Origin: a virus
Taxonomy: Duplodnaviria; Caudoviricetes
Reading direction: 5' to 3' (one strand)
Length of the DNA stretch: 37,391 nucleotides
Virus record (IMG/VR): IMGVR_UViG_3300022909_002219
Location: 1-37,391 of that record
Part shown: piece by piece, positions 25,443 to 34,977 of the stretch
How the letters are laid out: the number at the start of each line of letters is the position of its first letter
How positions within the stretch are numbered: the first letter of the stretch is position 1
Notes under the pieces: generated by a model
The model's input: only the letters and a program-made list of their open reading frames with translations
Database searches by the model: none
Told to the model about the DNA's origin: nothing
Made by a program: the position numbers and the translations under genes

Positions 25443-26957
25443 ATGATATATTCTTACGAACTAGAACAACACCTTATTGCTGGACTAATAAAGCATCCAG
25501 AAAGCTATCCTCTTGTAGCGGCATTTATCAATGAGAATGATTTCTTCGATAAAAACACAATAGTCAATAGAACTATTTTTTGCGTATTAAGGCAATCGCT
25601 TGAAGCAAGTGATGCGCTTGACGAGGTCTTATTAGCTCAAAGAGTTCAGTCTTTAAATATATCATTCGAAGATAATATCAACATTTCAGATTATATTAAA
25701 GCATTATCAATGCGACAAATATCAAAGGAGGGAGTCGTGAAAGCCGCAAAAGAACTTAAAAAAATTACAGTTCGGCGCGAAATACACGATGCATCAATTG
25801 ATGTCGCAAAGAATATGAAATCTTTAAGTTCAAGCGCGTCATTTGATGAGATAGTTGGCGAGGCAGATAAAATATACAATGATAAAATCAATCTCTATGA
25901 AATAGGATCAAACAAGCCTGAAAATTTATTCGATGAAATGGAAGACTTTATTGAAGAACGGGGCAACAACCCAATTGATGAGTTTGGATTGATGGGGCCT
26001 CATGAAAGAATAAATGACCTATATGGCTCGTTATTCAGGCCAGGAAATATCGCTGTGGTTGTTGCTCGTGCTGGAGTTGGTAAGACACAATTCTGCATGG
26101 ACTTTTGTACAAAAGTTTCCGCGATAAATAATCACGTTCCAATTCTTCATTTTGACAATGGAGAAATGAGCAAAGAAGAGTTGATTATTCGCCAATGCTC
26201 AGCTTTATCTGGAGTACCAATGCACCTTCTTGAGACTGGTCGATGGAGACAGGCAGGAGAAGAGGTTATAGAAAAAGTGAGATCAACATGGGAAAAGGTG
26301 AAAGATTTTAAATTTTATTACTACAATGTGGCTGGCCATAGTATTGATAGCATGCTAAATATCATCAGGCGTTTTTATTATTCTGAAGTCGGAAGAGGGA
26401 ATCCAATGATTTTTAGTTTTGATTATATTAAAACGACATACGAAAGACAGAATGGAGCAAGTAGTTGGGAAACGGTTGGTAGAATGGTAGATAAATTCAA
26501 ACAGTTGATTCAGAAAGAATTATGTTTCAACGGCAAACCTGCTGTGGCAATGCTTACAAGTGTTCAAAGTAATAGACTTGGTATCACCAACAACAGAAAT
26601 TCTGAAAATGTAGTTGACGATGAAAGTATCGTTTCTCTCTCTGACCAGATCACGCAATTTTGCTCACACCTATTTTTATTAAGACAAAAAACTATGGATG
26701 AAATTCAATCCGAGCCTGATGACTTTGGAACTCACAAACTCATATGCCTCAAGTACAGATGGCTTGGCAAAGATGTTCATCGAGCCCTTCAACCCGTAGA
26801 AATGCCTGATGGAAGCAAAAGAAAAAATTACATCAATCTTCACATGGAAAATTTCAGCATCAATGAAAAAGGAGATCTTCAAGACATGGTTGACCACATG
26901 GATTCAGAAGGAGTTGGTGTGTTAATGGCAAACGGTCAAGAAGTTCCTAACCTCTGA
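25443..26957 (+). CDS. dnaB: Replicative DNA helicase, DnaB family
   Basis: N-terminal ELEQHLIAGLI, Walker A ARAGVGKT, GEMSKEEL, FDYIK, VQSNR. Confidence 0.9.
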   Translation: MIYSYELEQHLIAGLIKHPESYPLVAAFINENDFFDKNTIVNRTIFCVLRQSLEASDALDEVLLAQRVQSLNISFEDNINISDYIKALSMRQISKEGVVKAAKELKKITVRREIHDASIDVAKNMKSLSSSASFDEIVGEADKIYNDKINLYEIGSNKPENLFDEMEDFIEERGNNPIDEFGLMGPHERINDLYGSLFRPGNIAVVVARAGVGKTQFCMDFCTKVSAINNHVPILHFDNGEMSKEELIIRQCSALSGVPMHLLETGRWRQAGEEVIEKVRSTWEKVKDFKFYYYNVAGHSIDSMLNIIRRFYYSEVGRGNPMIFSFDYIKTTYERQNGASSWETVGRMVDKFKQLIQKELCFNGKPAVAMLTSVQSNRLGITNNRNSENVVDDESIVSLSDQITQFCSHLFLLRQKTMDEIQSEPDDFGTHKLICLKYRWLGKDVHRALQPVEMPDGSKRKNYINLHMENFSINEKGDLQDMVDHMDSEGVGVLMANGQEVPNL

Positions 26958-27991
26958 TGAGTCCCGAAAAAATAAAAGAATCCCTGATTCAATTAGGGTA
27001 CAAGCTGGCAGACAGGGGGTCATATTGGCAAACAAACGCTTTGTTCAGAAATGGTGATAATAAGACCGCAATACAAATATATAAAAACACAGGAGTTTGG
27101 AAGGATCACGTGCAGAACAGCACTTTTTCTCCGTTCAAAAGATTGGTGGAAATAACGCTTGGGACGAACGATCAAAACACATTAAAACAATTCCTTGAAG
27201 AAGATGATCTTGGCGCAAATTACAATAAATTAACATTCTCAGAAAAACTAGAAATGGAAGAAATATACCCAGAAAATTGTCTTGATAGATTGTTGCCTCA
27301 TTATAAATTTTATAACGATCGCGGCATTTCAACTGAAACTCTAAAATCCCTCAAAGGAGGTTTCGCGACAAGCGGAAAACTCAACAAAAGATTTGTGTTC
27401 CCGATATACAATGAGCATAGTCAAATTCATGGCTTTTCTGGTCGAGACATGAGCGGTCTAGATAATCGCCCAAAATGGAAACACATTGGCAAAAAGAAAG
27501 GTTGGATTTATCCTTTGTATGCAAACCCAAAAACAGCGCAAGATATAAACGAAAAAGGTTCAATTATATTTGTTGAAAGTATAGGGGACTTATTGAACTT
27601 GAATGAACAAGGCTTCAATAACGTTCTTGTTACATTTGGCCTCGACATCTCCACGAAACTAATATGTTCAACTCTTTCATTGAATGTTGATAAAATAATT
27701 ATAGCATTAAACAACGACAAAACATCCTCTAGAAATCGAGGCCTAGAAGCTAGCATAAAAAATTACCTAAAACTATTGAATTATTATAATCCAGAAAAAG
27801 TCTGCATATGCCTTCCAACCCAAAAAGATTTTGGAGACATGAGCAATTCAGACTTTGACACATGGAAACAAAAGCTTGAAAGTATAGATTGCGAAACACA
27901 ACAACAATTTATCATTAAAAAAATAAATGAAATATACAAATCATTGCCCAAAACACTATTAAAAAATAAAAAAATAATAATCAATGAGTGA
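26957..27991 (+). CDS. dnaG: DNA primase (DnaG-like, TOPRIM)
   Basis: RFVFPIYN...GFSGR...PKWKH, IIFVESIGD, IIIALNND, KDFGDM; adjacent to the helicase. Confidence 0.85.
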   Translation: MSPEKIKESLIQLGYKLADRGSYWQTNALFRNGDNKTAIQIYKNTGVWKDHVQNSTFSPFKRLVEITLGTNDQNTLKQFLEEDDLGANYNKLTFSEKLEMEEIYPENCLDRLLPHYKFYNDRGISTETLKSLKGGFATSGKLNKRFVFPIYNEHSQIHGFSGRDMSGLDNRPKWKHIGKKKGWIYPLYANPKTAQDINEKGSIIFVESIGDLLNLNEQGFNNVLVTFGLDISTKLICSTLSLNVDKIIIALNNDKTSSRNRGLEASIKNYLKLLNYYNPEKVCICLPTQKDFGDMSNSDFDTWKQKLESIDCETQQQFIIKKINEIYKSLPKTLLKNKKIIINE

Positions 27992-29060
27992 ATTAACAAA
28001 ATTATCCGCGAGTAGAATAAAAACCGCGCAAACATGTAGTTGGACTTATTGGTGCAATTACAAACTTAAACTTCCCGACGCAGGAAATGATGGATCAAGT
28101 CGAGGAACAATTTGCCATAATATATTTGAATTGCTTGGAGACAAGCATAAGCGTGAATACAATAAAATTATAAAAGATGGAAGCATCTGGAATACCGAGG
28201 TTGTTGCCTCGCAAGTCAAAAAAGAAGCAGAAGAACTTGGAGTTGATGATCCCGAAAATCTTGAGCTCATTGATGAAATGATTGTGAATGGACTAAGGTG
28301 CGACTTTTTTGGCGACGAAAATGAAAAGCCTGTATTAGCAGAATCAGAGCGATTTTTTGATCTTGAAATTGATCGCCCTGAAGAAGGAATAAGGTACGCA
28401 GTCAGAGGTTATATTGATAAACTTTTTGTATACAAAGATAATTCCGTAATTATTCGAGACTTTAAAAGCAGCAAGTCCGTATTCAAGGGTAAAGAAATAA
28501 CAGACAATCTGCAGAACCTTATATATTGCCTTGCAGTAAAACATCTCATGCCAGAAACAGAACCTCAAAGTGAATTTTTGTTTTTGAGATTTGACCTTGA
28601 TACTGATTTACTTGGAAACGCAGGCAAGGGTAGAATGAAAATGGACAAGATATCACCAGAAGAGCTTGAAGGCTTTGAACATCAATTAACACAGTTCCAA
28701 AACTATCTTGACAATTTTGATGAAGATTCTGCAAAAAGCAATCTTGCGGCAACACAAGATTATCCAAAAGATGGAACATTTGGAGGTCCATTAGCCTGCG
28801 GTAAAGATGGATACAAAGTGTCACGAGGTCAGCCTATATTGGATGACAATGGAGAACCAATCAAAGCATTCATTTGTCCATTCAGAAAGCCCAGAGATTA
28901 TTGGGCCCTTAAGGATTCAGAAGGCAACATCAAGAAAACAGCTTTTCCTGAAAATAAACACGAACTAGAAGTTGAAGATGGAGATGAAATTGTTAAAATG
29001 AGATATGATGGCTGCCCTCATTGGGAAAACAAACAAAAATTAGATGACTTCCTTGACTAA
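27984..29060 (+). CDS. PD-(D/E)xK exonuclease (Cas4/RecB/AddB-like)
   Basis: LSASRIKTAQTC, RGTICH, E...RGYIDKL...IRDFKS, Q..IY; one N-terminal and three C-terminal Cys. Confidence 0.85.
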   Translation: MSELTKLSASRIKTAQTCSWTYWCNYKLKLPDAGNDGSSRGTICHNIFELLGDKHKREYNKIIKDGSIWNTEVVASQVKKEAEELGVDDPENLELIDEMIVNGLRCDFFGDENEKPVLAESERFFDLEIDRPEEGIRYAVRGYIDKLFVYKDNSVIIRDFKSSKSVFKGKEITDNLQNLIYCLAVKHLMPETEPQSEFLFLRFDLDTDLLGNAGKGRMKMDKISPEELEGFEHQLTQFQNYLDNFDEDSAKSNLAATQDYPKDGTFGGPLACGKDGYKVSRGQPILDDNGEPIKAFICPFRKPRDYWALKDSEGNIKKTAFPENKHELEVEDGDEIVKMRYDGCPHWENKQKLDDFLD

Positions 29061-29454
29061 AAACTACAAAGCAGCAGGTTTACTTGCCAAGTTTAATGAC
29101 TTGGTTCTTCTCGGAAGAAGAAGTGCAAAGTGCCACAATCTTGCTGGCAACTGGTCAATGCCCTGTGGCATTATAGAAACGAATGAGCTTCCAAAGGATG
29201 CTGCTAGAAGAGAATTCTTTGAAGAGACAAACGTAAAAGCTAGTGAAGAAATATATTTTCTTGATGATTTTAAAATGCAAAACGATGATTTTTTTGCATT
29301 GTTTTACATGGAAATAGATAAATTAATCTTTCCAAGCAATGACGCAATTGATGCAATCGAACATGATGAGTGGGGCTTCTTTAAAATAGAAAAAAATTCA
29401 CTTCCTTTGCCCATGACAAAAGAAACAAGAAATGCAATATTGAAGTTGAAATGA
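29044..29454 (+). CDS. Nudix hydrolase
   Basis: Nudix box GIIETNELPKDAARREFFEETNV; EHDEWGFF. Confidence 0.85.
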   Translation: MTSLTKNYKAAGLLAKFNDLVLLGRRSAKCHNLAGNWSMPCGIIETNELPKDAARREFFEETNVKASEEIYFLDDFKMQNDDFFALFYMEIDKLIFPSNDAIDAIEHDEWGFFKIEKNSLPLPMTKETRNAILKLK

Positions 29455-30092
29455 AATATTCTTTTGCGATAGGTATTCCTACTCTTAACAGAGCAGATCT
29501 ATTAAATCCTACCCTTTTAAAATACTTCGAAGATTTTCCAGATGTTGATATATTTATAGTTGACAATGGAAATCAAAATATATTTTCCAGAAAAAACAAT
29601 TTTTACCTGCATGTCTCAAAAGAAAATTATGGAGTAGCTAAATCTTGGAATTATCTTTGTTTTGAAATATTCAAGAATCACGATTACGCTTTGATTTTAA
29701 ATGATGATATATATCTTGGGGCGGATCAAAATTTAGTAAATGATTTTGCAAAAGGTCAATGTATTGATTTGGTCAAATGTCAAAATGATTTTCATTTATG
29801 TTCGTTTATATTATCAAAAACATGCTTTCAAGAATTTAAATTTGATGAAAACTTTTATCCTGCATATTTTGAAGATAGAGATTTTATGCGCAGACTTGCT
29901 TTGTCAGACAGGCAGGTTATGGAAAGCTGTTTCTTGAACCCAGAAATATTCATAAACAGCGCTACAATTTCTGAAAACGGTGGCGACCCCAATATTAATA
30001 AAAACTTTGAAGAACTAGCTCATCTATATATAAACAAATGGGGAGGGCCTCCAGGTTTAGAAAAATTTTCAACACCTTTCGATAGTAAGTAA
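29451..30092 (+). CDS. Glycosyltransferase family 2-like
   Basis: IGIPTLNR, IVDNG, NYGVAKSWN, LILNDD, FDENFYPAYFEDRDF. Confidence 0.85.
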   Translation: MKYSFAIGIPTLNRADLLNPTLLKYFEDFPDVDIFIVDNGNQNIFSRKNNFYLHVSKENYGVAKSWNYLCFEIFKNHDYALILNDDIYLGADQNLVNDFAKGQCIDLVKCQNDFHLCSFILSKTCFQEFKFDENFYPAYFEDRDFMRRLALSDRQVMESCFLNPEIFINSATISENGGDPNINKNFEELAHLYINKWGGPPGLEKFSTPFDSK

Positions 30093-30133
30093 AAATCACT
30101 TTAATTATATACTCATAATTCTATTATCTAATA

Positions 30134-31165
30134 ATGAAAAAAATAATAGTAACAGGCGTAACTGGCCAAGACGGAAGTCACATGGTCGATTATCTATTAA
30201 AGCATACGCATCATGAAATTTATGGTTCGGTGAGAAGATTGAGCGTGAAAAATCACGAGAATATTTTGCACCTAGAAAATGAACCGCGATTTCATTTGAT
30301 TGACATGGATTTAAATGACGCTCACAGTATGCGTGATGTAATACTTGACATTCAACCCGACTACTTTATCAATTTCGCGGCACAATCATTTGTCGCAGGC
30401 AGCTGGAATTATCCAATTCAAACATGGGACACAGATGCAGATGCAGTACTTCATATCCTAGAATCAATTCGCCGATTCGCGCCACACTGCAGATTTTACA
30501 ATGCAGGATCTTCTGAAGAATTTGGAGACGTTATCACAAGCCCTCAGGATGAAAGTCATCCCTTGAGACCCCAAAGTCCATATGGAGCAGCCAAATGCGC
30601 CGCACGACACCTTGTTAGGGTTTATAGAGAATCTTATAATCTTTATGCCGTACAAGGTTGGCTTTTTAATCACGAAGGAAGTCGTCGCGGACTTGATTTT
30701 GTTACCAGAAAAATAACACACACAATAGCTAGAATAAAAATAGCCCTAGAATCAAACAAAACAATTCCAGTTTTAAAACTCGGAAACCTAGAGGCTCAAC
30801 GAGATTGGAGTGACGCTGAAGATTTCATGGAGGGCGTATGGTTAATGTTGAATCAAGAAAATCCCAAAAATTATGTTCTAGGCAGTGGAGAAATGCATAC
30901 TGTTAGGGAATTCTTAAATGAAACCCTGAAGAATGCAAATATCGAATTTAAGTCAGAAGGATCCGAAGATTCCGAAAAGTATTACACGCTAGATGGAAAA
31001 CTAATCTTCGAAGTGGATCCAAAGTTTTACCGACCTGCAGAGGTTCATGAATTATGCGGCGATCCATCTTTAGCTGAAAATGAAATGGGATGGGTCAGGC
31101 GAACAGACTTTCATGGATTAGTTAAAAAAATGTACCAAAGTGATTACATGCTGCTGAGCAGATGA
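30134..31165 (+). CDS. gmd: GDP-mannose 4,6-dehydratase
   Basis: TGVTGQDGSH, AAQSFV, AGSSEEFG, PQSPYGAAK, LFNHE, FVTRKI, LGNLEAQRDW, FYRPAEV. Confidence 0.95.
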   Translation: MKKIIVTGVTGQDGSHMVDYLLKHTHHEIYGSVRRLSVKNHENILHLENEPRFHLIDMDLNDAHSMRDVILDIQPDYFINFAAQSFVAGSWNYPIQTWDTDADAVLHILESIRRFAPHCRFYNAGSSEEFGDVITSPQDESHPLRPQSPYGAAKCAARHLVRVYRESYNLYAVQGWLFNHEGSRRGLDFVTRKITHTIARIKIALESNKTIPVLKLGNLEAQRDWSDAEDFMEGVWLMLNQENPKNYVLGSGEMHTVREFLNETLKNANIEFKSEGSEDSEKYYTLDGKLIFEVDPKFYRPAEVHELCGDPSLAENEMGWVRRTDFHGLVKKMYQSDYMLLSR

Positions 31166-32118
31166 AACAAAAAAAAATCTTTGTAGCAGGACATGCAGGA
31201 ATGGTGGGTTCTGCGGTTCTAGATAATTTAAAATCTCTGGGTTGCGAAAAAATACTAACAAGAACACGAAGAGAATTAGATTTAACCAATCAAGCAGAAG
31301 TAAATAAATTCTTTGGGAGAGAAAGGCCTGAGATGGTCATAATTTGTGCAGCAAAAGTTGGCGGTATTCTTGCAAACAATACATATCGTGCAGATTTCAT
31401 ATATGAAAACCTACAGATAGCAAGCAATTTAATTCATGCGTCCCATGTGTACAATGTTCGCAAGCTTATAAATCTTGGCAGCTCTTGTATATATCCTAGA
31501 GATGCAAAAATACCCATTGTAGAAGAGAGTCTTCTGACTGATGTACTAGAGAAAACAAACGAACCATATGCAATTGCAAAAATAGCAGCCATCAAATTGT
31601 GCGAAAGCTATCACGAACAATATAATCATAATTTTTATTCAATTATGCCTTGCAACATGTATGGGCCCCGAGATAATTTTGACCTAAAAAGCTCGCATGT
31701 TTTACCGGCCCTTATAAGAAAAGTTCACGAAGCAAAAGAAAGTGGCTCTAAAAACGTAGAAGTTTGGGGTAGCGGAAAGCCATTGCGAGAATTTCTATAT
31801 GTCGATGATTTAGCTCAAGCAATAATATATTGCCTTGAAAATGTTGATGCTAAGGATATATACAGTAAAGGAATTTCCCATGTAAATTGTGGATCTGAAG
31901 ATGAAGTTTCTATTCTTGAATTAACAAGCATAATACAAGATGTTATTGGTTATACTGGCGAGATCACTTTCGACAGTTCGAAGCCTGATGGTACTTACCG
32001 AAAAAAAATGAACAACAGTCGAATGATCAACATGGGATGCACGCCAAAACATACATTAAAACAAGGATTAGAAAAAACATACAAATGGTATCTAGAAAAT
32101 AAACAAAAATTTGTGTAA
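31162..32118 (+). CDS. fcl: GDP-L-fucose synthase
   Basis: GHAGMVGSA, AAKVGGILAN, LGSSCIYP, TNEPYAIAKIA, SHVLPALIRK, WGSGKPLREFLYVDD, KPDGT. Confidence 0.95.
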   Translation: MKQKKIFVAGHAGMVGSAVLDNLKSLGCEKILTRTRRELDLTNQAEVNKFFGRERPEMVIICAAKVGGILANNTYRADFIYENLQIASNLIHASHVYNVRKLINLGSSCIYPRDAKIPIVEESLLTDVLEKTNEPYAIAKIAAIKLCESYHEQYNHNFYSIMPCNMYGPRDNFDLKSSHVLPALIRKVHEAKESGSKNVEVWGSGKPLREFLYVDDLAQAIIYCLENVDAKDIYSKGISHVNCGSEDEVSILELTSIIQDVIGYTGEITFDSSKPDGTYRKKMNNSRMINMGCTPKHTLKQGLEKTYKWYLENKQKFV

Positions 32119-32127
32119 TAAATAGCT

Positions 32128-33168
32128 ATGGAAAATAAAAACAACCACTTCTCGGACAGAGTGTTAAATGCTTTGAAACAAAAAGTCGTTGATCATAACG
32201 CAAAATATGCCCAAAAAGTAACACTATCTCAATTACAAAAAGTATATCGTCGCGGATCAGAAATGTTTAGCGAATTTGGGCGACCAGGAAAAACTCGCGG
32301 ACAATGGGCAATTGCACGGGTAAATATGTTTTTAAAAATGGCTGGCGGATCCAATGTAAAAGATGCTTATCGCAAAGCAGATCAAGACATTGCTTGTGCA
32401 GCAATCATTTTTGATGACGGAGTGCGCGAAGAAGCGAAGTTGTTTACAGAAGAAGATCTTATTGCAGCAAAACTTGATATTCACAATAATCAACTACAAG
32501 AAGATCCAAATTTCACAAACGAAATGTGGAGCACAATTTTTATTGAAACCGACGAACTTGGATTCGAAGAATATATCGACGAACAAAGCTGGGCTGCAGA
32601 AAAAAATAAAGGCAAAAAATTAAACAAACCATTTCGCACACCAGGCGGACCAAAAAAGTTTTCTGTTTACGTTAAAAACGAAAAAGGTAATGTTGTCAAG
32701 GTGAACTTTGGTGATCCAAATATGGAGATCAAACGTGATGACCCCGGTCGCCGTAAAAACTTTAGAGCGCGTCACAACTGCGCAAATCCTGGGCCAAAAA
32801 CAAAAGCTCGTTATTGGAGTTGTAAAATGTGGAGTAAAAAAAGCGTCACAAATGTGACCAAGGGCGAAGAAGACTCTCAGGAAGAAATTGAAGAAAAAGA
32901 AGAAACTGCAGAAGCAAAAACAGGACTCTGGGAAAACATTCGCAAAAAGAAAAAGCGCATGGGCAAAAATTACAAACCTGCAAAGCCAGGAAGCAAGGAC
33001 CGCCCCAGCAAGAAAGCTTGGGAAAAAGCTCAATCCGCAGACGAAGAAAAAGATTTCAAGCCTCACATGATGTATGATCCAAAAACGGGAAAAGCTGTAG
33101 AAGCCAAAACATACAAAGATCATCTAGCATTAAAAGAAAAAGGTTATACTCACGAAAAACCTAATTAA
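32128..33168 (+). CDS. Composite basic phage protein of unknown function
   Basis: 346 aa. Modules KVYRRG...RPGKTRGQWAIARVN, LNKPFRTPGGPKKFSVYVK...RKNFRARHNC...ARYWSC, GLWENIRKK, FKPHMMYDPKTG; GTGTA-N10-ATG upstream. Confidence 0.75.
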   Translation: MENKNNHFSDRVLNALKQKVVDHNAKYAQKVTLSQLQKVYRRGSEMFSEFGRPGKTRGQWAIARVNMFLKMAGGSNVKDAYRKADQDIACAAIIFDDGVREEAKLFTEEDLIAAKLDIHNNQLQEDPNFTNEMWSTIFIETDELGFEEYIDEQSWAAEKNKGKKLNKPFRTPGGPKKFSVYVKNEKGNVVKVNFGDPNMEIKRDDPGRRKNFRARHNCANPGPKTKARYWSCKMWSKKSVTNVTKGEEDSQEEIEEKEETAEAKTGLWENIRKKKKRMGKNYKPAKPGSKDRPSKKAWEKAQSADEEKDFKPHMMYDPKTGKAVEAKTYKDHLALKEKGYTHEKPN

Positions 33169-33200
33169 GCTAAAAGTGGCGATAAAGAAAAAAAATAAAG

Positions 33201-33797
33201 TTGGACTTAATAGATAGTAAAGATCGCACGGTTTTGATACTATCTCATTATTGGACACCAATAAACATAACCACTGCGAGAGAAGGCGTCCGAAAATTAA
33301 TGTCCTGCGGCTCTGCGAATGATAAAGATGCAACCGTAAGAGCTTTATGTTATTCGGGAGAACCGTTGCTATGGGAAGAGTGGATTGATTCAGAAAGATC
33401 AAGTTATTATAAAAACCAACCTTTTTTAGGTTCTTGCAATAAGTTATATCCTGTTCCAACAATATTATTGACTACCGCAAGATGGGCATATCAATCAAAA
33501 AACAAACCAAACTTAAGATATTTATATAAAAGATACAAAGGAAGATGTCAAATATGTGGAGATAAGTTTGACATGAAAGACATGACGATTGAACACATAT
33601 ATCCAAAAAGTAAAGGTGGCACAAAAGAGAGTCACAATGTCACACTGACATGTCAAACATGTAACTGTAAAAAGGCCGCGATTTATCCATACAAAAACTA
33701 TAAAGGTGAAGAGCTAGGCCCTTCAAATCCGTATCCTTTCTTTCATGCCTTTCAAAATTGCCGTCCTGAATGGAAGCCTTTCTTGTTTAAAAAATAA
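33201..33797 (+). CDS. HNH endonuclease
   Basis: CQICG...TIEHIYPKSKGG...NVTLTCQTCNCKK; TTG start, exact start uncertain. Confidence 0.85.
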   Translation: MDLIDSKDRTVLILSHYWTPINITTAREGVRKLMSCGSANDKDATVRALCYSGEPLLWEEWIDSERSSYYKNQPFLGSCNKLYPVPTILLTTARWAYQSKNKPNLRYLYKRYKGRCQICGDKFDMKDMTIEHIYPKSKGGTKESHNVTLTCQTCNCKKAAIYPYKNYKGEELGPSNPYPFFHAFQNCRPEWKPFLFKK

Positions 33798-33798
33798 T

Positions 33799-33814
33799 TG
33801 GCACAATGCTTGCA
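33799..33814 (+). promoter_or_regulatory. Sigma54 (-24/-12) promoter
   Basis: TGGCAC-AATGC-TTGCA matches TGGCAC-N5-TTGCW; 43 nt upstream of the hsp20 ATG. Confidence 0.75.
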
Positions 33815-33857
33815 AAATAGAGTTGCACAAATTATAACTCTAACAAAAGGATAAAAC

Positions 33858-34256
33858 ATGTCATATTACTTCAACAATAATAACACAACAAATTCATTCA
33901 ATAAATTATTCGATAATCTAGTTTCTTTTGATTATGATGATTTTCCAGCTCCAGCGAACATTGTATCCAATGATAAAGAAATTTTGATTGAGCTACAAGC
34001 TCCAGGAATCGACAAAAAAGATATAAAGATTGATTGCGAGAATAACATCTTGAGCGTCTCGTGTGACGGCAAGCAAGACCAAAAAGATACAAAATATATT
34101 CAACAACAAATCTTTCATGATGGATTCAAAAACACATTCAAATTAACAGGGGAATTGGATCAAAGTAATATATCTGCAACAATGAACAATGGCATACTCA
34201 ATGTATCAGTTCCTCGCAAAAAACAAAAAACAAAGAACAGAATAAAAATAACTTGA
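33858..34256 (+). CDS. hsp20: Small heat-shock protein (Hsp20/alpha-crystallin)
   Basis: IELQAPGIDKKDIKI...NNILSV...F..TFKL...ISATMNNGILNVSVPR; AAAGGA Shine-Dalgarno upstream. Confidence 0.9.
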   Translation: MSYYFNNNNTTNSFNKLFDNLVSFDYDDFPAPANIVSNDKEILIELQAPGIDKKDIKIDCENNILSVSCDGKQDQKDTKYIQQQIFHDGFKNTFKLTGELDQSNISATMNNGILNVSVPRKKQKTKNRIKIT

Positions 34257-34281
34257 CATTTATGCAAAAATAAGTTATCAT
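34253..34281 (+). promoter_or_regulatory. Sigma70-type promoter
   Basis: TTGACA-N17-TATCAT upstream of the outer-membrane protein gene. Confidence 0.7.
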
Positions 34282-34297
34282 CTACAGTTTAAAAATT

Positions 34298-34951
34298 ATG
34301 AAAACAAAAATACTAACAGTAGCCGCGCTTTCAGCGGTATTTCTTATCAACGCAGCTTTCGCAGCAACAGGATCTTTATCCTTGGGTTACGGCTCTGACT
34401 TTTTTCGAAGGGGCTCGCTTCTCTCTAAAGATTCGCTTCAAGCAGCAGCTTCTTACTCGACACAGGTTCAAGGGGTCACTGCAAGCGCAAATGTTCAAAC
34501 TGCGCATGGCAATGAAAACCTTGAAGATGCATACATCATCTCTGGAGGTTTATCTCAAAAGATTGGATCTTTGTTGACTGTCTATGGCGGACTCGAACAT
34601 GCAGAATCCCTGGGTGGCGCAAGTGAACTTGATGCGGTGGTAGCTGTATCAATTGATACATTATTGTCTCCCTCGATTTCCGCAGCAAGAAATGTAGATG
34701 AAGACTTGTATACCTTTGAGTTGAGCGTTTCTCACGATCTAGACTTAAAGTTTGCAACCTTATCAATCAATGGTTCAGTGGGAAACACGGACACGCGATC
34801 TGTAGACAATGTAGACTACTATTCTGTTGGATTAGGATTATCAAAAGAGCTTCAGAAGGGGTTAACTCTTTCTGTTAATGGAGACTTCGTTGACTCCTCT
34901 TTGATCAAAGACGATTTTTTAATTGGGGCAGCACTTACTGCTTCGTTTTAA
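34298..34951 (+). CDS. Outer-membrane beta-barrel protein (TorF/Gcw_chp-like, tentative)
   Basis: Sec signal peptide ending AFA, alternating amphipathic strands, SDFFRRG motif, C-terminal Phe. Confidence 0.7.
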   Translation: MKTKILTVAALSAVFLINAAFAATGSLSLGYGSDFFRRGSLLSKDSLQAAASYSTQVQGVTASANVQTAHGNENLEDAYIISGGLSQKIGSLLTVYGGLEHAESLGGASELDAVVAVSIDTLLSPSISAARNVDEDLYTFELSVSHDLDLKFATLSINGSVGNTDTRSVDNVDYYSVGLGLSKELQKGLTLSVNGDFVDSSLIKDDFLIGAALTASF

Positions 34952-34977
34952 TATAGTAAGTATAATCGATCACACTT

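Noticed and set aside
33798-33830. CIRCE element before hsp20
   Set aside because: TTGGCAC resembles the left arm, but there is no matching inverted arm at 9-nt spacing; sigma54 fits better.
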